Of a stretch of 64,000 nucleotides of DNA, positions 55,401 through 64,000 are shown piece by piece (the first letter of the stretch is position 1; each line of letters opens with the position of its first letter). The notes below the pieces were generated by a model. The model was not told the origin of the DNA. It worked only from the letters and a program-made list of their open reading frames with translations, and ran no database searches. This stretch comes from Dipteris shenzhenensis (lineage: Eukaryota), in assembly GCA_047967505.1 (NCBI GenBank), contig CM106538.1. One strand, given 5' to 3'. Made by a program: the position numbers and the translations under genes.

Positions 55401-56575
55401 CATTGAAGAACCTACATGAAGTCCGTAGTTCTCTTGGCTTGTGTTCATACTATAGGTGCTTCATTCACTATTTTGCTAAGATAGCTTCACCCTTACATGC
55501 TTTGCAGAAGAAGGCAGTGGCTTTCCATTGGGGAAAGAAAGAAATTGCAGCATTCAATGAGCTGAAAGAAAAGCTAAGCTCTAATCCTGTTATCATTTTT
55601 CCGGACTTGCGAAAGCCTTTTGTTCTTCAATGCGATGCAAGCAGCAATAGTGTTGGTGGAGTGCTTATGCAGGAAGGCAGAGTGGTTGCATATGAGAGCA
55701 GGCTGCTCCGAGATGCTGAATACAACATGAATGTGTATGAGCAAGAATTGGTAGCTGTAATGCATGTTCTTACTGTGTGGAAGCACTATCTTTTAGGTGC
55801 TGATTTTTATGTGCAAACTAATCATCAATTGCTGCAATACTTTCTCACTCAGAGAAAGTTGTCAAAGAAGCACATGAGATGGGCAAACTTCCTTTCCATT
55901 TTTCATTTTCAGATTGTTCATGTGATTGGAAAGAAAAATGTAGTGGCTGATGCACTTTCCAGAAGGCCATGTACAGAAGCTATGTCCAAGAAACCACAGG
56001 TATCTGCAGTTACTATGAACTTGATGCCATGCTACAGATGATGCTTTTGCACGTATTTATGATCAGCTTATGGAGGATAATCGGCATGATCATTATACAC
56101 TCAAGGAGGGATTTATGATGATGCATGGAAAGCTGTGTGTAACGCAGCCATTGAGGCATAAAGTGCTCACTGAAAGTCATGCCCCACTGTATGCAGTGCA
56201 TAGGGGTATTGACTTTTATTGGCCTTCTGTACGGAAGGATGTTGAGGCTTATGTCAAGACATGCATCACTTGTCAAAAGGTGAAGTATGGCAGGCAAAAA
56301 CAGCCCGGTTTACTTCAGCCTTTGCCTATACCAGATAGACCATGACAGAGCATCGCTATGGATTTTGTTTTTTATCTCCCTCACACTCCTTCTGGTCATG
56401 ATGACCATAATTTGCAGATTTAGCAATATGGCTCACTTCATTCCAGTAAGGAAGAAGATTACAGCCGAGCAGATGGCAAAGGAATTCTTGAAGTCTATTT
56501 TCAAGTATCATTGGATGCCTGAGTCTATCGTGAGCGATAGAGATCCACGGATGACCAGCATGTTCTGGAGAGGTA
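52466..56575 (+). mobile_element. Ty3/gypsy gag-pol (disrupted, 3'-truncated in the integrase)
   Basis: Zinc knuckle CFLCKETSHRAADC; protease FFDSGDKANF..DVLLGMPW; RT MPLGLTNAPATF..FFDDI; RNase H LQCDAS..NVVADALSR; integrase YWP..CITCQ..SIVSDRD. Multiple stops and frameshifts; ~170-bp duplication at 53482/53651. Confidence 0.95.
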
Positions 56576-57063
56576 TTTGCTGGTCTATAACCATAGTTCA
56601 GCTCAAACAAACTAAACCCGGTAGAGGAATGTTTTCTATCATTGTAGGCAAACTTCAACAATGGCAACCACTTGTCCCACCTATGTTGCCTCAATGACAC
56701 ATATGCCCTCAGCATATCCTCTAAAGGCTGGTTGACTCTCTCCGTCTGACCATCTGTCTCAGGATGATCCCCACTACTCATTCCCAACTCAGTCCTTAGT
56801 GTCTCAAATACCGCTGTCCAAAAATGACCGGTAAATCTAACATCTCTGTCTGACACTATGGATCTAAACAATCCATGCAGACGAAATATACCTTTGTAAG
56901 ACTAGAATAAGTCCAATCATACAAATTTAGAAATTTTGTTGTTCTAAAGATCAAAAATCTACAAAGAAAAAAAAAAAAAAAAAGAGAAAATGAAAGAGAA
57001 GAAAAAAGAGGTAAACCAAAACTTTTAAGAAAAGCAAAAGGAAGACATACTAAGCAAGCAAAG

Positions 57064-57155
57064 CAACACTTATGTTGTCATCAGTGCCCAAGCATAAGCA
57101 GCTATACTGGGTTTCTAAAGACCCGCGGAGTCTCTTGGGCAAACCCAGTGCTTAC
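57064..57155 (-). ncRNA. Structured pseudoknotted RNA in the PLE 3' UTR; candidate self-cleaving ribozyme
   Basis: Interleaved perfect helices ACUGGGU/ACCCAGU and UGCCCAAG/CUUGGGCA, hairpins AGACUC/GGGUCU and CAACA/UGUUG, and CUGAUGA and GAAA motifs. Confidence 0.55.
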
Positions 57156-57271
57156 TAAAATACGTCAAATAAACAATAGAGAATGAAAACAAGAACTAAA
57201 GAAGAAACGAAGCAGGTGACTTAAGCAAAAATAAACAAGCAAGTCAAGAAACAAAAACTTCCGAAAAACTA

Positions 57272-57276
<5 letters not shown>

Positions 57277-57309
<33 letters not shown>
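57277..57309. repeat. (CT)n microsatellite inside the PLE 3' UTR
   Basis: Perfect run; reads (GA)n on the element's sense strand. Confidence 0.9.
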
Positions 57310-57314
<5 letters not shown>

Positions 57315-60300
57315 AAAACATAAAAAGTTAAATGGCACTTTACACTTATGTCTCGTTTCTGCAAAGAGGCAAAAATAAATTTCTAACTTAGAAAGCACAA
57401 GTATACTCAAACAAACTCTCTTTAGAAACTAAAAGAAAAACGGGCTATTCAGCTCCCCGCTTTTTGTTTTCAGCTTATGTTCAATCATTCTAAACAAGCC
57501 TAAGGCCGAAACAACATACAAAAAGGACTTCATATCTAAGAATGTGCAAACTTTTTTCATTATTTTCCTTGGATTATACCTCTTGTGTAATAGTAAAGTG
57601 ATCAAATTACTACATTGAGTGATAAAAGCCTCCTTAGTTGTACAAAGGCGGGAAAATCTATGGAATTGGGAAGAAATGACACCATATTTTGCCAAATCAG
57701 AAATGTTTGAGTCAATGTGAGGCATTTCCACTATATTCAGGTTGTTCACGTTTATCGTATATATCAACCTCTAATCCTATGGTAGATTGAGAAAGTCTAA
57801 GATCTAAGAAAATACAAGAATCCCCTCTTGAAGTGCAGTTCAGTTCACAAGAGACACGAGGATAGATTCCTTCTCCAAAAGCTCTAGCGTCTTTGTACAT
57901 AAAGTCTTGAAAGTTAGGAACATCTGGTACAAATAAATCATCTATAAAACGCCTAACTTGACTAAGCTTATGTAAAATGATAGGGCAGGTATTGATAGAA
58001 ATAAGACGTTGCATAAACTCAAATTCATAATTGAAAAGATAAAAGTTTGCTAAAAAGACGGCACAATTAGTGCCCATGGGGATTCCTATAACTTGTTGAA
58101 ACAAAGAATCACCTATTGTGATGTAAAGATTATCTAAAAGAAAATCTATCCAAGAGCAAACATCTTCTACACTTACTACCTTTGTGTATCTTTTCTTTTT
58201 AGAACCTATGTCATGATCTTTATTTTTTAGCCACAAAAAATCAAAGCATAAGGCTGTTTTCTCAACTTTTAGCACTTTGCATCTATCTTTGTCAAATCTC
58301 AGCTTGAAAACTTCAGCCACTAGCTTTTTAATTCTAAACTTCAGGTCTTCCAGCTCAATCTTTGTGTAAAGCGTCGTAAAATCATAGGTTTGAAGGAGAA
58401 TAGGAGACTCTTTTTCCTGAATGCTTCGAGAGGAATTAAAAAATTTTACAATAGGAATCACTCCTACAGAGTTATTTAAAATCCAGCTTGAGTTCGAGGG
58501 GACATCTGCCTCTTTTAATAAGTTTCTCCAAAGTTCATGGACACTAGGCAACATGGCTTTGAAGCAGTAGCTTAGCCATTTAGAGACATTCGTCAAAGTA
58601 GTCTCACAAGCAGCTGCAATAAATCTTGGCTTTTTTGGAGTTTTGTGAAACTTCCAAGCAGCACAAAGAAAAGGTATGCTTGGATTGCAAACAAACCCAG
58701 AAGACTTGCAAAAACTCTGATGTTTTGAGATCAAATCCTTCTGAGAAACTAAGGCAGGGGCATAAGTTTTGGCAGACGAGTTCACTTCTCTCAAAAGACA
58801 TTCTAAGTAAAACTTTTTGCAAATAAAAACAAAGTTATTGGAACATTTGTCCACATAAGAAATGACAAAATTCCTATGGAATTTTTGAAGAAGAGTTTCA
58901 TCTTCTTTAGAAAGATGGTTGTTTTTCTTTGAGCAAATAACCGAAGGGACTTCTTCTAGTTTCAAAGCAACTTTCTTCAAAATCTTCCCTTTCCATTCTG
59001 ATAAGATATTTTTAACTCCTAAACATTCTTCTAATTGCAAAACAAACTTTGAGATTCCCTTATCGATAGCTTTTAAAAGGCAAGACTCTTTAAAAGAGTA
59101 CAATCGAAATTTTGTGCCTTTCATGAAAAGATCTCTTAGGTTACTAGAAGGCAAAATTGAGGTATCAGTTGTGACTACATGTCCTAAATCAGCATCAATA
59201 AAGCTTTGGAATCTCTTACTTTTACAACAACAAGGTTCTTTAAGGATAGAAGATTTTGAATGCTCTGAAAGCCTTTTACCTATCTCTCCATAGTTGAAAG
59301 CCTTTTGTCCTAAAGTTTTTACATACTTCCAAGCTACTACTGGATGCTTCCAAATTCTTCTCACAAAATGAGGGAGAGAATCCATTACTTCAGGAGACTT
59401 CAAAATGGAGTTTAAGCCTATCTTGTCAAGTGAGGGAGAAGTAAAAATACAAATCAAGAGTTCCTTATTTAGATAGACTTCTTTGCTTTGAAATGAAGCT
59501 TTTACTTTTAAGAAGCGATCCAACGAAGTTTTAAGTTGTATATAATGGAGCTTATTTAGATTCAAATCCTCAAAAGAGAAGTTTTCCAAGGTGTATTGAA
59601 GTTTAAAAAGAACTTTGACATTATATTTTTCAAAAACTTTTATTGAAAAAAGACCCAGTGACATTAATCTATCTAGGTAGAGTAGTCTTCTTTTATAGTC
59701 TCGAGAAGCAAAAACTCTTGGAACTGAGGAAGTTAAAGGAACTAAAGGAGGAGGAAATGGAGGAAGAGGAAGTGAGGGAGGCAACTCACGAACTACATGT
59801 GAGATTGCAGGAGAGCTAGGACGAAATATATGTCTAATGAACAAATCCGCCACTTGCGGGGCACTAACAGACTCTCTAGTCGAAATAAAGTGAGCCATCT
59901 TGGTTAGACGATCAACCACCACAAGGATAGAATCATACCCTTCTTGTGTCGTAGGCAGCCCTACAATAAAGTCCGTGGAAATACTCTCCCACTTACTTAG
60001 TAGTATCTCCAAGGGCTGTAAAAGTCCGGGTGGCTTCACCCGCTCGGCCTTGCTTACCTAACATGAGAAACACCGTGTCACATATTCATGAATATGCTTT
60101 TTCATCTTTGGCCAAAAGAAATCTCGCTTCACGAGATCATATGTCTTCTCGACCCCTGGATGTCCCGCACACAGGCTACCATGGCACTGTCGAATGACTC
60201 TCTGCCTGAGATCATTCTGACTAGGTACTACAACCTTGCCATTTCTAACTAGCATACCATCCCTTATGGTATATCTTGCATAAGTTTCGCCTTTTTTGGA

Positions 60301-61671
60301 TGCCAGGTCATCCTTTTCATTTTCCCCGGGTTTTAACACATGAGCCTTAGGCCATAAGCTCTGGACAAACTCGTCCACCTTTTGAGTTTCTCTAATCTCA
60401 GTCATTAGAGCACTCTCTAATACCGTAAAACTCAGGTTGTGCATAATGCGAGACAACGCATCATCAACCTTATTGTCTTTTCCTCTTCGGTACCGAATCG
60501 TTAAATTAAACTCCTGCATGAGCTCTACCCACCTAGCTTGGCGGCCCCTCAAGTCAGGCTGTTTACAAAAATGTTTCAGAGTATCATGATCCACATCCAC
60601 ATAAAACTCTATACCATACAAGTAATGCCTCCATGTTTTCAAAGCATGGATAACAGCATACAACTCCAATTCATGAGTTGGCCAATTCCTTTGAGAGGGA
60701 GAAAGCTTCTTGCTTTCAAAGGCTATTGGCCTTCCCTCTTGAAGGAGAACTGCTCCTACCGCAATGCCACTTGCATCGGTTTCCAGGAACAACGGTTTCT
60801 GGGGATCAACTATTTTTAACACCGGACCTAAGACCACAGCTTGTTTTATGGTGTTAAAACTTTCTTGTTGATTCTATCCCCAAATAAAAGGTACTTTATC
60901 TGAGGTCAGATCAGTCAATGGCGATACTATTCCGGAATATCCTTTGATATGCCTTCTATAAAACTGGACAAATCCCAAGAACGATCGCAACACGCGATCA
61001 GACTCTGAGGGATTGGCCAAGTTAGTATCGCAGCCACTTTCTTCGGATCCATTTCTACCCCCTCTGGAGTAATTATGAACCCTAAATATTCAAGCCTAAC
61101 CATACACAGTATAGTTTTCTTTTTATTTACATAAAGACTGTCTTTCCTGAAAGTACTAAACACTACTCTTAAGTGTTCACGATGCTCAGTAATACTTTTA
61201 CTGAATATCAGGATATCGTCAATAAAATGTACTATGAACTTTTCGATATACGGACGTAGTAAATCGTTCATAAGCATGACGAAGGTCGCTGGAGCATTGG
61301 TAAGTCCGAAGGGCATTACCAAAAATTCATAATGACCAAACCTGCTTCTGAAAGCGGTTTTATGCACATCCTCGGCTCTAGTCTGGATTTGATGGTAGCC
61401 ACACTTAAGATCAATCTTACTGAAAATCACGGCTCCATGTAATGCATCTAACAAATCATCAATTCGAGCCATCGGATACCTGTGCTTAACAGTGATATTA
61501 TTCAATGCTCTGTAATCTATACAAAGGCGAAACGTATCATCCTTTTTCTTCTTTAATATCACTGGCGAAGCAAAAGGTGAGAAACTTGGTTGAATCTGCC
61601 CCAACTTGAGGTATTCTTCCAGTTGTCTACGCACCTCCGCCTCTTCAGTAAAACTCATTCTATAGGGAGGT

Positions 61672-63272
61672 TGTCACGGGGGCGTGAAATTCTAAGTACT
61701 TTAATGTACTACAAGACCGTGACAACTTTGGTTTTAAAAGTCCAAGCGTGGGCTTAATAATGTGTAATTAAACGCGGCATGGTACCTAGCACATAAGCGT
61801 AATTAATCCCTAGGCCCAAAGGCATTCCAAGGAATTAAAAGAGTGGTTGTTGGGAAATGATGATGTGGCATTTTTAATGGGCCCCCTAGAGGGCCATGTA
61901 CCTTCAGTGGCCCCCCTAGAGTTCCAGGTGGCTCTAGTGCCTTCAACATGCTCCTTTGCCATTCCTGGACCTTCCTGGGCCTTCTAAACTTCACATGTGT
62001 GGTTTTCTCTCTCATCTTCTCCCTTTGTTGAGTTTTTGGACTGGTTTTTCAGCCTCCTTCAGCTGAATTCCGTTTTTCTTCATAACTCCTCACCCGTTTG
62101 GATTCCTCGACTACCGTTTGGCCCGATGGCTTCCCCTCTGCCTCCCCTTCGTAGTGATATGCTTTTCCCTCCGTGCGTTTGGTAGAACGGGCAGAGCTGA
62201 ACACTTCTTTTGCTGGTCGAATTTGCAAAAGTGGCTTTTTCTGAACTTTTTTTCTTCTACCGCCTCCTGGGCCTCTCCTCTTGCAAAGCTACAGCTTTCT
62301 GTTGAATTTCGAGTGGTCCGACGCGCTGGTTGACTGGTTTTTCTCAGTTTTGGAGGACTTTCCGGCGATGAAACTTCTCCAAAACCTTCGCAATGCATTC
62401 CTCTCTGAAGCACGCTTCTTTTGAGCCCAAGAACTCCCACTTCTTCGCGACAGAAGTGCTTCTTTTCGCATTTTTCAGCGGAATTCTTGCTGGTCGGCTC
62501 TTGTAAATGCTCTTTCTTCATGCCTTTGCACTCCTCTTTGGCTGAGAATGCAATTGGGCATTGGCTACTATGTCCTCTTGGCGATTGAGGACTTGGTTCG
62601 AGTCTTCAGGGCTTGGTGAGTTGTGATTTTGCTACTGCAATTTCTTTTTGCCATAAGCTATTGGTTGGCCTCGTGTGCCGCCTCTTTCTTGGCTCACAGG
62701 TGCCCAGGCAGTGCTACATGAGTCATTCTTTGGTTGGGTACTTTGCTGATTTTATTTTGGAGCTTTGAAAAGCTTTGTGAATGCCATCTGGAAACCACTC
62801 AAAGAGAGTGCAGCTGGGGTGCAGTGTGATTGCATCTAGACAACCAATGGAATTGCACTCGGAAAAGAGAATGCCTTTGAGTTGAGCCTATGGGTTAAGT
62901 GCACTTATGTGATGGTGTTCTATGCTTAAAAGCCTTGCGAAGGCTTAGTGAATTAGGGCTGCGTGCTCAGTTGCAGGGAAGGTCTCCCATATGCAACTTG
63001 TAATCATTTCACTGTGAAATATAAAGAAATACCGAAAGGGGCGCCACGGTGTTTGGGGCCAATCGGGTGCACTTGTCTATGTCTGTTGAGCAAGGGCATT
63101 CTAGCCTCCATCCCTTTTTCAGTGGTTTTGTTTGTGAACAAATGGGTAAATGCCAAATGGTGATCATGCAATGGTTAATGGTTGTGATATATGCTTTGTG
63201 AGCTGTAAATAAGTGCTGAAGTGATTAAAGGTTTAGTTCCACTGCCCTCTGAGTGATTAGAGGCCGGTTTCA
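61672..63272 (+). mobile_element. Solo LTR (1601 bp) related to the 50916-52384 LTR
   Basis: TGTCACGGGG...AGGCCGGTTTCA flanked by the 5-bp TSD GAGGT (61667-61671 and 63273-63277). Removing it restores host pol NRPPYRMS. Confidence 0.92.
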
Positions 63273-64000
63273 GAGGTCTATTTGCAGATTCTGCCCCCGG
63301 GATCAGTTCAATCTTATGTTGAACTTTCCGCTCTGGAGGTAACCCATAAGGTAGTTCATCCCTAAAACATTCAGAGAACTCCTCTGTTATAAGATTAGCC
63401 AGCTTGGCCATCTCATCACTTTGCGTAACATCAGTGCTAGCCGAAGAATCATCAACCGGCTCTACCGATGCTGTGCAAAGGAATAAAAACTCTACTTGAG
63501 CTTTTCGGATTTCCATCACGAAAACCAACGGTCCCTGAGATATATCTTTTTCACCTCGCAAGACATAAAGCACATCATTCATCTTGAATTGATATACGTG
63601 CTTTTTCCAATCAATGGCTGGATTCTTCCTAGAATGCCACGCCAGACCCAGGGCTATATCCGCATGAGCAAGCTTGGTCATTTCAAAATCAAGCTTCTCA
63701 GCATAGTCCTGAATCCGAAGCTCTAACTGGGTAACCCTTTGGTCCCATACTTCAGTTGAACTTCCATCTGCCATCTTGACTGTATACGCATAGTGAGATG
63801 GACTTGTCTTTAATTTGAGCCTCTTCACGAGCTTGGAGTTAATCACATTGTGAGTTGACGCCGAGTCAAACAAACACAATGACATCATGATTGGCCACTT
63901 GCCCTTTCATTTTAATTAACTCCGTATCATTAAAGGCTGTATACCCCGTTGCTGCGGGCTTAGATAGGATGTTATCAGATGCACTCATCACTAGCTTAGC

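Larger units (their letters stand above)
56891..59819 (-). mobile_element. Penelope-like retroelement (Naiad/Chlamys/Hydra-type RT), 5'-truncated; coding ~59819-57429 with one frameshift near 57740
   Basis: PCCC..GHVVTTD, LFMKGTKFR, VDKCSNNFVFICK, KFHKTPKKPRFIAA, TYDFTTLYTKI, QVIGIPMGTNCAVFLANFYL, RFIDDLF, FLDL, IYDKR, MPHIDSNI..YGVISSQFHRF. Flanked by the 11-bp TSD GACGAAATATA (56880-56890 and 59820-59830); removing the insert restores integrase RHIFRLHGL. Confidence 0.9.
56578..64000 (-). mobile_element. Second Ty3/gypsy pol (PR-RT-RH-IN), split by a solo LTR and a Penelope-like element
   Basis: LFDSASTHN (PR); [31 protein letters not shown] (RT); ETDASG (RH); GHPG..C..C, VVVDRLTKMAHF, SIVSDRD, HPETDGQTERVN (IN). 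Confidence 0.95.

Noticed and set aside
56356-56871. ORF extending beyond the integrase
   Set aside because: Its C-terminal part is the antisense of the neighbouring plus-strand element across the junction.
57064-57090. SECIS element, as in some Naiad PLEs
   Set aside because: No SECIS stem geometry, no in-frame UGA in the RT ORF, and land plants lack the selenocysteine machinery.
57712-60039. 775-aa ORF as a novel integrase-RT fusion protein
   Set aside because: The TSD shows a PLE inserted into the gypsy integrase. In-frame joining occurs by chance one time in three, and the upstream gypsy frame has a stop at 60058.

Overview
This window is eukaryotic, repeat-dominated land-plant DNA. The host is probably a large-genome seed-free vascular plant such as a fern or lycophyte, but that is only an inference from gene and transposon style. 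Most of the window is nested and decayed retroelements: Ty3/gypsy (1-717; + strand 50916-~56575; - strand ~56578-64000, carrying a solo LTR and a Penelope-like insertion), Ty1/copia (~13150-17940, ~20900-22490, ~30100-34220 and smaller remnants), and RTE/RTEX-like and L1 LINE fragments. A small host-gene island at 25.0-28.1 kb holds a truncated tetraspanin, a type-1 nsLTP-like gene and a two-exon CCDC124/Lso2 homologue. A possible four-exon orphan gene lies at 41.6-42.7 kb. The most interesting object is a young, 5'-truncated Naiad/Chlamys/Hydra-type Penelope-like retroelement (56891-59819, 11-bp TSD). Its 3' UTR contains a pseudoknotted RNA element carrying the hammerhead core motifs (UH, GAAA, CUGAUGA, each abutting its helix) in a non-canonical order. 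All family assignments come from recognising motifs by eye; no searches were run.
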